In this document: piece by piece, positions 1 to 19,524 of the stretch
How positions within the stretch are numbered: position 1 is the stretch's first letter
Layout of the letters: the number at the start of each line of letters is the position of its first letter
DNA from: the human T2T-CHM13v2.0 reference genome, Homo sapiens
DNA length: 64,000 nt
Strand: one strand, 5' to 3'
Assembly (NCBI RefSeq): GCF_009914755.1
Contig: NC_060929.1
Translations under genes and position numbers: made by a program
The notes under the pieces: generated by a model
Databases searched by the model: none
What the model was told of the DNA's origin: nothing
The model's input: the letters and a program-made list of their open reading frames with translations, nothing else

Positions 1-16
1 GTTTAGAACTCAGTAA

Positions 17-410
<394 letters not shown>

Positions 411-764
411 AAAAGATGACCTCTTTCTAATCACGTGCTGCCTGACTGCTCTTAGGCTTAAGACTTTAGATGCTTGCACAATGGAGATTCATACCATGTT
501 GAAATACAATGGGCAAGCTAGGAGCAAAATGGAAAAGAATTAGTTTCTAAACAGAACTGTTGGGAGTCAAGGGTTTCAAAGTCAGGCAGAATTATGATTT
601 GCAATCAGCAAAAATAGATCAATCCTATCCATTACATATAGATCAAGGGGAAAGAAATTAGTGAATTATCCGTGAAAATAAATACATTTAAGAAAGACCC
701 AGATAGAGAAATAACCTACACTCTCAACGTTTAAAAGATGGATTACTTAAAAATGGAATATTGG

Positions 765-1372
<608 letters not shown>

Positions 1373-2333
1373 CAGAGAGAGAGAGAATACTGAATAGATG
1401 GTGCTGTTAACCATTTAAAAAAGAATAAATTACATTCTCCCATTTCATGTAGTATGCCAAAATCAGTTCTGGATAGATTTATGTTAAATATAAAAATGAA
1501 CTATAAAAAAACAAATTTAAGAAAAGTGGAAATCGATAATCTGATTTCAAGCTGGGAAAGCTTAAAAACTGAAAAGGACTCCATAAAGGAAAGGGTTACA
1601 GAGAGAAGTTTAAGACTTCTGAAGAGTGTCAGAAGGAGGGAGAGAGGGAAAAAAATCTGGCAAAACAAATAAAATTTTCCAGCTCATCGTCCAAGTTAAG
1701 AGGCAAGTATCAAGCTAAGGAGACAATGGCAATTAATAGGGCAGGAAGAGGATGAATATCTTTACTATGGAACTGTTCCTAATGAGAGGACCTAGCACCT
1801 GCAGGAAAACAGGATGCTCACACTCTCGTTGTGGGAGGGCACGACATATCCCATTACGCCCTTGGAGAAGCGCATTTGGGACAGTGCATACTAAAACAGA
1901 CTCAAAAATAAGAGCTCATGCCCTTTGACCCAGTAATTCTACTTTTAAGAACGAATCAGAGGTCTACAAAAAGATTTTCACATAAAGATATTTATCACAG
2001 GCTATGGTAGTGAAAATGTCTGAAAATTTAAAATGTCCCCAAATAAGAAAGTGGTTCAATAAAAATTAATCCATCCAGACTCATAACTTAAGAGAATATT
2101 TTATAAAAGGAAAAAGTTTTCTGGTATTTGCAGTGATAAAAGCAAGTGACAAAGCAATATAGGAAGCATGGCTAAAATTCTGTAAAATGAAAAGTACATA
2201 AGTAAACAGTGGTTATAACTGAATAGAATTCCATAGGATTTTTAAAATTTTCTTTTTTGTACTTCTTTTCCTAACTTTCTAAAAATACATATGGATATCT
2301 ATACATGTCCTCATGCCCACGCACACTTTTCTC

Positions 2334-2356
2334 TGTGTGTGTGTGTGTGTGTGTGT
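2334..2356. repeat. (TG)n microsatellite
   Basis: About 11 TG units read directly. Confidence 0.95.
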
Positions 2357-4051
2357 AGGAGGAGGAGAGTTGTGCAATAGCAGCCCGGTGGACAGTGTTC
2401 TAGGCATCTCCCATGCCCCTGCTTTCCTACACACACATGTTAAAAACATCTTCTTGGAAACCTACAAAGGACTATAAAAATAGAGACTACACAGGTGGGT
2501 TACCAGCTAAGCTTTCTTAATGAGAAACTGGGAAGAAGTGAATAGCAAGTTTGATGAAATCATATCTTCAGAAAGCTATAAATATTACAGAAGACAGATA
2601 AGAACATAAACAACTGCAAGACCAAAGACTCTGTGGAACAAATTCACTAGGAGAGAAGGGAAATTTTATATACCGAATTCTTTTTTTTTAAGCCAGTTCC
2701 CTGTGAGTGTCCAGTTTAATGACTGTTTAAATTATATCTGCAATTTTCTGAGTGGTTCCCTTACTTTTCAAGTTTATAAACCAACACATCAACAATTCTC
2801 AGTCAATGGAAGAGCATTTCTCTGGGGAGCTATGAAAATATACCTTGCATTTTAAATGCAATAAAAAGCATGAATAAACATGCCTCTGTTCTTTATAACA
2901 CAGAAGTACCACATCTGGTCATTAAAAAAATGCATTATACAGAGTTGTACAGATGCCAGATACTTATTACAGAGAACTGTTTTATCCATTTAGCCCAATT
3001 TTCCAGATGTTTTATTACTTGGAGACAGGAGAATTGTTGAAACTGATGATTGAAGCCCATTTATTTCCAGGGGCTCGACTGCAAACCATAGAAAGCATTT
3101 GAGGGACAAGTAATTTATGACAGGCCACAAGGCAATGCTTGAGGAAGGCTGTCATCTCAATGGGTCACAAATAATACCAACAAAGGACAAAACACCCTAT
3201 TTTAGTAACCCCAGGCTTCATTTACAAAAATTGCCTCTTAGGCAAGCACTTAGTTGTCATTTCACATGCAAATGTGTATGCACGTAATTGGAGCAATTTT
3301 CATAATAGTAGGTCAAGTTGGCAGTGACATTGAAAATGGCCCAGGTTGGCTCTGATTGGAGGCCTGGTTGTCATTGTCTGCAAGCTGGCAAAATTCTCAC
3401 CTGGATCAGTTGGAAGTCTTGTTCTCATAAAGACAACAGGATCAAGTTCAGCAGGGGCAGGTGCCGCTTCCCCATCCCTTCCCCAACTCCCCCACTCCCT
3501 GCTGCCCCCAAAGTCACAGCCCTAAGAGGCCCTGCCCACACTGCAGAGCAGCAGCCTTGGGGCATTAGCAGAGCTGGCCTTGGCAGCCACAGTCATTGCT
3601 GCTAATTAGAAGGCACCTCACCATGGTCAATTCTCTCCCTCTATCAATCAACCTGCTCAGAGCAGAAATAGGGACTAGAAAGGGGAGCAGAACCTTTTCT
3701 AGCTTCACTCTTCTGAAGCTAGAAGAGTGAACACACACACACATATAGAGAGAGAGAACACACACACATATATATAGGGAAAAGCTCTCAGAACATAATG
3801 GAGACGTGTTCTTAGGCCACACTGAAAACTCATCTAAGTCAATGTGTCTAGCAGCAAGTGTTGGGGAATTTAGTTTTTCTATGTTGCTATTTTTGTAAAT
3901 GCTGGTAGCCTCTGGCATTAGAGACAGTAGGGTCTATAGATCCTCTTCCTGACAACCTTGCTACCAGGTTGCGTATATTACAGTGAAAGGGAATCTGACA
4001 CCACATTCTGCCAATATTTATTAACAAGCAGGTATTAATTTAAAAATTATT

Positions 4052-4346
4052 GGCCGGGCACAGTGGCTCACGTCTGTAATCCCAGCACTTTGGGAGGCCG
4101 AGGCGGGCAGATCACCTGAGGTCGGGAGTTCGAGACCAGCCTGACCAAAATGGAGAAACCCTGCTCTACTAAAATTACAAAAAAAAACTATCCAGGCATG
4201 GTGGTGCATGCCTGTAACCCCAGCTATTCAGGAGGCTGAGGCAGGAGAATCACTTGAACCCGGGAGGCAGAGGTTGTGGTAAGCCGAAATCACGCCATTG
4301 CACTCCAGCCTGGATGAGAAGAGCAAAACTCTCTCAAAAAAAAAAA
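4052..4346 (+). mobile_element. Alu (S-type)
   Basis: GGCCGGGCACAGTGGCTCACG... ending in an A tail. Confidence 0.9.
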
Positions 4347-5144
4347 TTACCATACAGTCCATTCTTGTGAGTTTGGGAAAGGTCTCATCTGTCTCTTCAG
4401 GCATTACAACAATTCTTTGCCTGAGAGCTTCACTCCAAGGAGGAACAAAATATTCTAACCACAGAATTAGTCAGTTTTCAAGTTCAGTCAGGAGACAGAG
4501 TCCACAGGGAAGTGGGAGAAGACAGGGTCAAGTGAATGTCCAGAAGTCAAGTGCTGCTGCAAAGGCTCGGGCTGGGCTTGCTGGGTTTGCTTGTATGAGG
4601 GCAGCAGGGCTGGTACAGTCTTTGTAGTCAGCCACAGATTTCAACTTGCATTTCGCTAACTGATCCAATCATTCCCTAACCCCGTGTCGTTAGATTTCAA
4701 CAACAGTATTCAAATCTGTACTTCTGGAGTGCATCTTCTTGATTAGGGCACTTCAGAGTCACTAATCATCCCTAAGTGTGGATTCCTGATTAAGGGGTCC
4801 TCAAATACTAGCCGCCATCACCCCATCACACTGTCTATAATAGATTATATTAACATAAATTACCACACAGGTTATATAACATCCACTGTCCACAAGGAGT
4901 AAGACTGGGAAGGGCTAAATGGTTCTCAGGGGACAGACAACCTGTCCTATTGCTCCATAAAGTGACAGAGCCTGGCTCTTCAATATCCAGCCATAAAATG
5001 CCTTAATTGTGATCCATTTGGAGACTGGATTACCTGATAGGGACAAGAAACATTTACCTGGGAGAGGGCTTCAGGAGAGTTGCAGCCATACGCCTCTTCC
5101 AGCAGCTAGGTTTTTTATTTTATTTTGTTTTTTTGTTTTTGTTT

Positions 5145-5148
<4 letters not shown>

Positions 5149-5179
<31 letters not shown>
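5149..5179. repeat. (TG)n microsatellite
   Basis: About 15 TG units read directly. Confidence 0.95.
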
Positions 5180-5181
<2 letters not shown>

Positions 5182-5874
5182 CTCAGCACCTTTGTTCTTT
5201 GATTTTGAATTCCACTTTTCTCTTTTCAGTTCTGTTTTTTTATAACTTGTTCATATATCTTCAGGACTGACGGTGGAGGAGGAAAAGCAGTGCAGATTCA
5301 GGCTGCAACAGCAGAAGCTAACTTTTTCTTTGCTATGTAAGAGAATTTCAGAGAGGTAGCCTGGCCCCCGTGGCAAGAGAATAGGATGTGCAGTTAGGCC
5401 AAGTGGAGTTCAAATCCTGACTCTCAGACTTCCTAGTAGTGCCTCTCTGAGCTTCATATTCCTCATGTGTGAAACAAGACCAGTCCTATGTACCCTGCAG
5501 CGTTGTTATAAGGGTTTGAGATACTGTGTGTAAAGAATCTGCTATATAGCAAGGCTGTAAAAATAGTGGCTTTTATTAGCCCCCAGGGACCTCCTGCTAT
5601 AAGCAGTGGACACATCAAGATACAAAGAAACACAAGTCATGATCAAGAATAGGTAACTATAGTGTAATTCATTAAATGTTCTGATGGTCTCCAATCTTGA
5701 GTGATTTAGTCTATGAAGGATTGTGTCTCCTTTTTTAAACTGTACACATATTCAAGTGCAGAAACTGAGACTAAACATTCATCTCTATGTTCATTAAACA
5801 ATTGCATTTCCTTATTTGGATGCAAGTCTTCTGTCCATTTTTCTACAGAATGTTTATTGGTTTGTGCGGGCATT

Positions 5875-6095
5875 TTTTTCTTTTCTTTTCCTTTTTCTGA
5901 GACAGAGTTTTGCTCTTATTGCCCAGGCTGGAGTTCAACGGCACAATCTCGGCTCACCACAACCTCTGCCTCCCGGGTTCAAGCAAGTCTCCTCCCTAGT
6001 AGCTGGGATGACAGGAGCACACCACCACGCCCTATTAATTTTTTGTATTTTTAATAGAAATGGGATTTCACCATGTTAGCCAGGCTGGTTCCAAA
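5875..6095 (-). mobile_element. Internally deleted/truncated Alu
   Basis: Reverse Alu right arm plus a partial left arm. Confidence 0.8.
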
Positions 6096-6886
6096 GTGTG
6101 AGCACTTCATATAGTAAATATACTATGCCATCACTAGCTGTGTTTGCCATGGTATTTTTTAAAGTTCAAAGAGTACCTTTAAATTTAGGTTACTTTTTCG
6201 ACATACAAAATTTAATTTAACTATTTTTTTTTTCAGTTATGAGCATTATTCAAATCTAAGCTAAAAGGGAGACAGTCCTCCTTCTACCACAGATTTGATA
6301 AATATGCACTTTCAATTTCTTCTAGGTTTTAAGTAACTTACCTTATCAATAAATCTGGAATTAATTTTGGGAGGACTGAGATAATTATCTAAATTGATTT
6401 TTCCCTAGGGAACTCATCAATTCTTCCTTTGCTATTTATTGAAAATCCTTCTCTTTCTCCCTGATCTGTCATGTCTCCTCCAGCATAAATTAAATTTTTA
6501 CACTGAATAGGATCTATATCAGGATATCAATCCTACATCATCGATCTGTTTGCCTCTTCTTAAACCAGCACCATGCTGACTGTAGAATGTTGACAAGCAG
6601 AGCTGGGGATACAGGGTGCCAAGTGGCTGGCAGAGGAGAGAGGGAGGATTTCCAGGGAAGACAGTGTGGTCTTGGCATAAAGACAGCAAAACGGAAGTTC
6701 AGGGCCTCATAAGACAATGAAAAGTCATATCTCAATTTGGCTGAACACTGGGGGAAATAAGTAAGAGACTGGGGAGAAAAAGAACTAGAAGGTAGTGGGC
6801 GATGCAGAGACAGGCCAGGAGCCCCAGGTTAACAAGAACTTCCCATGTGCAATACCATAAGTGATATAAAACTGTGGAAGACGTGT

Positions 6887-7994
6887 TGATAGCAGCAGGA
6901 GGCAGACCAATCCTAGGCAGACAGGGGTGGGTCCCCAGTGAAACCTGACCTTCAAACCAAAGAGAGTTTGAAGCCTGAAAGCCAAGGTACTAGTCTTGCA
7001 TAAATCCATGGACTGATTGAGAACCTCTCTTCCTGTTTGGTGCACTTTCCTCTGATTGATCCCCACCCTTCACCTATTTTACATATACCTACACTTCCCT
7101 AACTGGTTTTTTTTGTACACTCTCATGCCCACCTGTGAGTGGTGCCTTTGTTTTAGCCTCTTTTTTTTTTTTGCCTACTCACAAACCAGTCAGTACACAC
7201 TCCCTATTCTGAGCCCATAAAAGCCCTGGACTCAGCCACACTGAGAGAAACCATCAACTTCAGGCGGGGGACCACCCTCACGTCCCCTCTCTGCTGAGAG
7301 CTATTTTATTGCTCAATAAAATTATTCTCCACCCTCCTCGCCCTTCAATTGTCAGCCCAATTTCATTCTTCTCAGAGGTGAAACAAGAACCAAGACCCAC
7401 CAAATGCGAATACACAGAAGGCTGTACTACTGTGGCCCTCTGCCCTCCGCCAGTGAAGCGCAGCTGCCTCATGTAACAGGAAGTAGCAGCAGGGCCAAGC
7501 CAGCCCCCAGAGCTGCCAGCCAGGGTGGGGCAAGATGCTAACAGAACTGTTAACATGCTGTCAGTCAGGCTGTGGATGGCAAGACTAAAAGAGCTAATTA
7601 GCACTCTGTAACACCCCCTCTGGGACTTTGGGGTCATGGGTGCACCTGCCTGGGCGCCACTGCATTCCTCTTGTTTAGATGCTGGAGTCCACTGTGGGAG
7701 TGGTTTGCAACACGCCTGGTCCAGCCACAAGACCCACACAGAGCCTGCTCCTGTGCTGCTTGGAACAATTGGCTGGACCCCGCACTTGCTCGCTCACACA
7801 CCCCCTCCCACCAGGGGCCAAGCACATAGTCACGGTGGCTGCAGGATCTGTACCAGAATGCAGGCCGGGTGCAGCCCAGGAGGCCAAGTGGACAGAGCAT
7901 CTCTGCAGCAATCCCAGGTCCCAGCAAGGCTGGCAGGAAGTCTCCTGACAGGAAGTCTTCAGCCAGCAAAGTGACCGAGAAAAGTCCTATATCA
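6887..7994 (+). mobile_element. Solo ERV1 LTR, LTR28/LTR27/MER52-like (~1.1 kb)
   Basis: TG...CA termini (TGATAGCAGCAGGAGGCAG... / ...AGTCCTATATCA); near-TSD GTGT/GTAT; TATA-like CATAAAA at ~7216; AATAAA at 7315. Subfamily from recall. Confidence 0.75.
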
Positions 7995-8179
7995 GTATTA
8001 TTGTTATCCTCAAGGGATAGGGTGGTACACAGAAAGACTGATGGTAAAAAAACAACTACAGTAAGGGACAACAATGCCACAAGAGTACTGGCAACAAAGT
8101 GTTCCAAGACCCATAAAAATAATAATCGTCTCCTCATTAATCTTATGTATTCATCAGACCTTACGTCCACTGAACCCTT

Positions 8180-8640
8180 GAGTACTGGAAACAACCCAAA
8201 GGTCCATCAACTAGTAAATGGATAAACAAATTCCACACCCTGAGTACTACTCAGCAATAACAGGAATAAACTGTGGATACGCACTACAACCTGGATGAAT
8301 CTCAAAATAATTATGCTGAGTAAAAGAAACCAGACAAAAAAAAAAGCCATATGGTACATTTGTATACAATTCTAGAAAATGCAAACTAACCTGTAGTGAC
8401 AGAAAGCAGATCAGTACTTGTCTGGATGGAAGGTAGGGCCAGGGGCAGGGAGGGGAGAGAAGGGTGAAGCGGGGAGATTGCAAAAGGGCCTGAAGAAACA
8501 AGGGGAGTGATGGGTATGTCCAATATCTGATTGTGGCAATGGTTCCACCGCCATGTATCTAAAACTTACCAAATTGTATACTTTAAATATAGGCAATTTA
8601 TTGTATGTCAATCACACTCAGTAAAACTGTAAAAATAAAT
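8180..8640 (+). mobile_element. Old L1M (L1MD/ME-like) 3' fragment
   Basis: TGGAAACAACCCAAAGGTCCATCAA...TGGATGAATCTCAAAATAATTATGCTGAGT...AGTGACAGAAAGCAGATCAGT, typical of mammalian-wide L1 3' ends. Confidence 0.7.
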
Positions 8641-11240
8641 TTTATCTTATACTTGCTGATTCTTTTCTAATAGATCTGGGCCAAAACTCAAACACTGATA
8701 TTTTTTTCAAAGCTCTCAAGATGAGCCTGATGCACAGTGAGGTTAAAAATCCCAGGTCCCATGATACCTGAGATGCTTCCTGGGTGTCCGATTCTGTCTG
8801 TCTGCAATGGGAGGACTCCTTGGTGAATGCTAGGAAAGTATTCTCCTCACATGGAGACCGGCGCCTTGGTGAGAATAGGTGGCGGCCACTCGTTTGCTGT
8901 TGGTTATTCCTGCTTCTGTGCCTCACACTGGAATTTGGGCTGATGAGGTCTGTGTGCTTTGTTCCTGCAAAGCTTGCAGTCTGATCCAGGCTTCTGCTAT
9001 CCCGATATATGTGATGCTTGTTCTCAGGCAATAGCCCCCACCCTGACCCCTCTCTAGCGTCATGACTTTGTGAACTGTCAAAGTGGTCACCACATGCCCC
9101 TCATCCATCTCCCTGCCTGTGGTACACACTGCGAGCCCTTCAGGGAATGTACTCCTTGCTCCAATAGGGCAGCCCTCCAGGGAAGCCCAGTGTCCCCTCA
9201 GCTAACCAGCATATCTTCAACAAAAAAGCAGTTATTTTTCCACTTGCCTCTGGAGGCTTCCAGCTGAGCTTTCTGGTCCTTTGCACACTGCACAGCTCTT
9301 CGTGCCAATATTGCCCAGAGCACTTCCACCAGTGCCAGCTGCCTGCCTGTAAGTCCTGGTGAGAAGTGAGCCCTCACTCCATGCCCCAGAGTCAGATCCA
9401 CAGCCTCTGAAGCTATAGACCACACTGAATGCCTCTGACAGAGAGCAGAACCAAATTCCAATCCCTAGCCCCCAAGAACATTCTCTCTCACGAAGACAAA
9501 CTCCCCACCTCTCTCTAGACTTCTTTAAAAGGGAGGAGAGGGCAGGCTGACATGCCAACTGATAGCAATGCCCTCTTAGCAAACCCTGCACTGGGTAGCT
9601 AGTGCCATTTCTGCTTCCCTGAGAGATGTCCTGTCACACCTCCTTGTTCATATCCACACGTCAAATTAAGTCCTTTGTCTATTACATTTCCCAGTCCCCT
9701 CCCGGTTCAGCTTTCTCCATCATCTCATATACAAGACAAATCGTAGAGAGTGGAAGGAAGGTTAAGAAGGACTATTTTTAAGAGGGGTAGGAGACATGCA
9801 GTTGCCAACATGAACTTTGCCCCCAGTCTGGAGACTTTGGATTTAGAAACCTTAGAAGGTTTGCTTCTTGTGGCATCAGAGCAGCCTTTGGTCACCAAAA
9901 TGTTTCCAGATGGATTCAGATTTTTTTTTCTTAGCATCTTGGTACTTGGTCTGCATTAACAGATCAAATGAATACCCAAATTATATAAATAGTATTCATT
10001 AATAGAAAAGGTAGAGAATTGGGGAACAAGATAGTGTGGATTCCCACCAGATGGCACTGTTTAATAGATAAGGAAGAGAAAGTTGTTTTTGTGGCTAATT
10101 TTAGCAAAGCAGGGAGAAATGCTTGCCAGTTGCCAGAGCAGATTTAACTCCCAGCCGTCTTCTTGCCCTTCTGGACAGGCCAGTTTAGCTCCCCCTTGCC
10201 AGATGGCACTCAATCTCAGTTTTCATAATTGCAGTGACAGAATTCACAAATATTTCGGGTTGCTTATGGATATGTCATGAGAGTAGAAAAATGTGATCAT
10301 CTAATTTCAGGAGCTCCGTCCCTGCCACAGAATGTTCCCACTTCTGCAGGAGTTAGGCAGCTTTGCTTGCTTGTCTGCCCAGGTCCTAGGCTGTCCACCC
10401 ACCTCAACAAATTGTATCACTGTCCATGGGGATGCTGAAGTGGCTCACTAGGCATCCATCCATCTCCCCTCCTCCCAGTGTGTCCTCCGGTAGAACAGAG
10501 GCTGGCAACTACACTTCCCAGACTCCCTTGCTGCTGGGGTTCCATGTTCTTTAGTTTCTGCTCATTAGATGTGATTGCATGAGCCTTGAATTCAGAAGTG
10601 AGTTAGGTGGAGACTGAGACAGGGCATGACGTATCCCTTTGCTGTGTAGACTGGAGCTGAAATGGTGTAATTCTAGAGTTAGCACCTATAGCAGAGGCTT
10701 CTCCATCCGGCATGCAGCTTCCTGGTCATGACAAGAGCAGTTACTCAAGAAATTTCAGCCAAGAGCCAAGTTCTTCAGCTCTCACAAGGATTCTGTGAGC
10801 CACTCGATACTCTGTAATTAGTTAATTCCTCCTAAAGCTAGCTGGAGTGGATTCTGTTCTGTCAATCTACAATAATCAAAAGGGTCAGAATTTAGTTATA
10901 CTCAAAGTGTGAGGATGAACCACCCAGAAACACCAACTCCAAAGGAATGGAGTTGGCATTCAGAAGCAGGGAAGTAAATATTTCATTTGTATAGGTGGGA
11001 ACAGAGGAATTTTTAGCAGAATTACAACATTATTATTCATGTGAGTCTGGCACATTCTTATAGCAATTTAATTGGCTATAGGCCATGTTTCTTTTTGAGA
11101 AGGGTACATTTGACATTTTTTAACAGAGGGTGTAATAATCATTGGTTGTTTGTCATTTGGTCTAAACAAACTAGAACAAAGGGGAAGTTAAATCTATAAC
11201 AAGAGTCCAAGGTCATCAATTAAGAAGAAAGGAGGTTTTC

Positions 11241-11566
<326 letters not shown>

Positions 11567-11899
11567 TCAGATGCCATTTATTTATCTCTAGTCATTATAC
11601 AGAATGAGAAAAATAAGAAAGTAAGCTAATCTATAATCTGAGAACAGAAGTTGTAAGCATATGTGATGCGGATCACAGTCACATCTCTGTTAAGGCTTAA
11701 GGCATTTTTGGAGGTTCCAAAAAGCTTCTAAATTTTATTTATTTTCTCAGTTCTCTGTAACTAAGCATTGAATGACTGATAGATTATCTACCTGTAAGTC
11801 TGAGCTAGAAATCTGATAAATTTCCTAAATTCCTCTTTTCCTCATTTCCCATAGCTAGCTGATCCACAGATATTGTGAGGATATTATCTAAATAAGTTG

Positions 11900-12358
11900 T
11901 GGTAAAGAAAAAATTATTTGGACACCTGTCAAAATGATAAGGAAGCCTTTATTCAGGACTATTCCAATAGGTGTCAAGACTATTGCAACATGGGAGTCAG
12001 ATCAGGCTGAACTCTGAATATTGCAAAGACAGCTGGAAATTTATAAGCAACCAGCAGAGTGAGGGGGTCAGTGGATGGCAATTTATTAAAAGGAACCATC
12101 AAAGGTAAGAGGATTCCTGCTGAAGGCAGGCCAGGGTGATCAGACATCAAGGATGGGGATGAGAAATTTAATCAGGTATCGAGAGCAATTAAATATCAAC
12201 AGTGGGGGATTCTTACTAAACTAATTATCTGGATTCTTGCTAGAACTGGGCTATGGAGGTCCAGGGAGAATGGGGGCCAAAGTCGAAGTCTAGTCCAGAA
12301 GAGGCTTAGTCAGGTCTCAGAGCCTGACTAAAGTTTGGTCAAGAGAGGGTCTTTGTCA
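11900..12358 (-). mobile_element. Solo MER31-type ERV1 LTR
   Basis: Reverse complement begins TGACAAAGACCCTCTCTTGACCAAACTTTAGTCAGGCTC (MER31-like); perfect 4-bp TSD GTTG at 11896-11899 and 12359-12362. Confidence 0.8.
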
Positions 12359-13234
12359 GTTGATACATAAAAAAGTGCTCAGCAAAGAGCAACAAGAGGC
12401 TCCACTAGTTCTCTTTCTCCTCCTCATTTTGCTATTATGTGAGGCCATTCTGTGAGGGAGGAGAAAGCTCAGTGGATTTAAGTAAATGAAGGTCACTGCC
12501 CCTGGAGCACACAACTGAGGGTGCAAGTGATGTGGTCAGAGAGGTGGTCAGATGCCAGATTCTGCCACACTGTGCAGGCCATATTAAGGATCCTATATTT
12601 TATTCTAAAGACAATGGGGAACAAGCCATTGAAATGTTTTAAGCAAGGAAGTGATATGACTGACTTTACATTTTACAAAGATGACTTTGTTAGCTGTGTT
12701 TCCACAGCTGACTGGGGTCGGGGGGTGAGGTGGTGGTATAAGCAGCAAGTGGAAAGATCTCTCCAGGCCAACACCTAAAGTTCTACTTCATTCTTGTATA
12801 ATCTCTCAGAGGAAATTGAGTGGGGAGGGAATCTTATGAATAGCAGCAACAAAAAGAATGAAGCATGCCTAACAGGAAATGTGAAAGACCTAGGTAGAGT
12901 ATAAGACTTTGGTGACAAGCATAAAATAACTTTATAAATTAACAGAAAGTATTTCTAAGTGGAAAGCCCCAATATGGCAAAGATGTCAGTTTTCTCTGAA
13001 TTGAGCTATAATGTGAATGCAATTCCTATCAATAGCAGTTTTTGTTTTTTGTTTTGGACCTTGTCAATCAAGTCTTTAATTTCATATGTAAGGAAAAATT
13101 ATTTTTGTTATTATTATTATTAATACAAGTAGAGGAGTTTATTTGGGCCAAGCTTGAGTAGTGCAACCCAGGAGCATAGATTCAAATTGCCCTGAATATA
13201 CACTCTGATTACGAACAGTTACAAGTGCACTTTA

Positions 13235-14378
<1,144 letters not shown>

Positions 14379-14836
14379 TAAACAGTTTGCATTTCTTTTC
14401 TTCTTCTTCTTTTTTTTTTTTTTTTTTTTTTTGGTACTACTCTCAGAGGTCCCTGCCAAGTTCAGCTCTCTTTGCCAACACCAGCAATTCAACAGTGCAC
14501 CTTCATAACAGGTCTTTATTTAATCTTCTTCCTTTCCTGTCTCGCTCTCCCCACTGTCACTGCTTCTTTTTGGAATTATTTTCCAAAGAAACTACCTCAA
14601 ATTAAGTCTTTTTTTATTATTATTTTTTATGCTTTATTCCAGTAGCTTTTGGGGTACAAGTGGTTTTTTGTTAAAAGGATTAATTATATAGCAGTGAATT
14701 CTGAGATTTTAGTGCACTGGTCACCTGAGTAGTGCACAATGTACCTAATGTGTAGTTTTTTTAGCTCCTTTCCCACCCTCCCCTTTCTGAGTCTCCACAG
14801 TCCATTATATCGCTCTGTATGTGGAAGGAAAAATTA

Positions 14837-15328
<492 letters not shown>

Positions 15329-15999
15329 TCATCAGAACTATACAGCTTTAAGAAAATTTAGAAGAAACTATACAACATGTTTTAAATCAGTGAGGAATAG
15401 CCTATTCAATATATGACATTTTCATGATTGGCTAGCCATTTGGGAAAAAAAAAGCCTTACCTTAACTATGCACAAAAATAAACATCAGCTGGAATAAAGC
15501 ATACAATTCAAAAACAAAACTATAAAAGCCTTGGGGAAAAAAGGGAATTTTTATCATCGTTGAATGATCATGAATCCTAATCAGGACAAATCCCAAAACC
15601 ATAAAAGGAAGACTGACAAATTTGATCTAAAAAAAAGTTAAAAGCTACCGTAAAACAACATACCACATAAATAAAGGTAAAAGAAAATTAACAGAAAGGG
15701 AGAAAATATTTGTAATATACAGCACAGATGGATACTCCATTTAAAAATCACCCATACAAATCACTAGAGAAAAGAAAACAACACAAAGGGCAAAAAAGGT
15801 TCTTAGTAGAAGTTATAAAATGGTTATTTTATTCAATTTCACAAGTAATCAAAGAAGTGTAAATTAAAACAACTTACAAAATTGAAAAAGATTAATAATG
15901 TGGAATGAGGTTGTAGAGAAATGGATACTCATACACTGTTGCCGTTTTTGGGGGAAAAATTGGCACTATCTACTAACATTGAATTGTACATATCTTAAG

Positions 16000-17600
<1,601 letters not shown>

Positions 17601-18159
17601 AAAATAAAAGCAAGGGAAAAATAACAGCAGGTACACATGTTAGGATTCCATTTTGGGGATATTTAGCACACAGTGCACCCAGGTGGAGAAACTTGATTCA
17701 GATTCTGATTAGACTAGTAGGTTGATGGTCTTTAATTAAAGGTCTGATTTTACCCTATAGAAAGTAAAAATCCAGTGATGCATTTTAAGCAATGGTGTTA
17801 CATGTTTAGAAAGGTCCTCAGGGAAACCAGATACCATACAAATGAATTCAGTGGAAACACATTTGCTGTAAATCCATAGTGGTCCACTTTTTCATATTTC
17901 AGTCATCTGGGGAAACTTTGTTTCAGCTCCATGTTGTTTCAATTCCATGCGTTAGCTTTAATTAGCTGTGGTATCGTGAGCAAACCATTTAGTTCTTCGG
18001 GGCCCTGGAGCCTCAACATAGTCCTCTAAAATGGGGACAATAAAACCTACCTCTTAAGTTGTTTGGGGATAAAATAAGAGGATGATAATAATATGTCTGG
18101 CACCTTGTTGTTGGTGAATAAGTTGTAGTGATTATTACTTAGACTAATGGAGCTCAACA

Positions 18160-18352
18160 AGGTGATATTTGGCAATATCTGGAGACATTTATGTTTTTTA
18201 CCACTGAGGCTCAGGGGTTGGGGGTGGTGCTACTGACGACCAGTGAGTAGAGCCCAGTTGCTACTAAACATCACGTAATGCACAGGACAGCTCCCCAGAA
18301 CAAAAAACCATCTAGCCAAAAATGTCACTAGTGCTGAGGTTGAGAAACCCTG
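18160..18352 (+). mobile_element. MER20 (hAT-Charlie) DNA transposon remnant
   Basis: TTTGGCAATATCTGGAGACATTT...AATGCACAGGACAGCTCCCC...AGTGCTGAGGTTGAGAAACCCTG. Confidence 0.8.
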
Positions 18353-18759
18353 ATTTAAAATATAACCCAAGCTGGGTGTATTGGTATAGGCCTGTAGTAC
18401 TAACTATTCAGGAGGCTGAGACATGATTGCTTGAGCCCAAGCCCAAGTCCACCCTGAGTAACATAGTGAGACCCCATTTCTAAAAAATAAAATCTAACCC
18501 AACCATGAGTATGTTAATATTGTTCCCGTGTTATAGCACCCTTTTAAATAATGAGTCAGAGTTAATAACGGGGTGCAATAAAAAAGAGATCTGATAGTTT
18601 CACAAGATCTCAGGGCTTGGTGAATGTAACTCCAAATCTTCCTGAAACCACCCTCCATCACCCTAATTCCTAAATGCCCACAGTCATTCCCACCGATAAT
18701 TTATCTCTTCCTAGTCTTCTAGCCTTCAATTTCCTTGCATCTGAGATCCACTCTTAAAC

Positions 18760-19524
<765 letters not shown>

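Noticed and set aside
7278-8225. Cluster of overlapping 78-186 aa ORFs on both strands
   Set aside because: They fall mostly in the GC-rich half of a solo LTR and show no gag/pol/env or other recognisable motifs.
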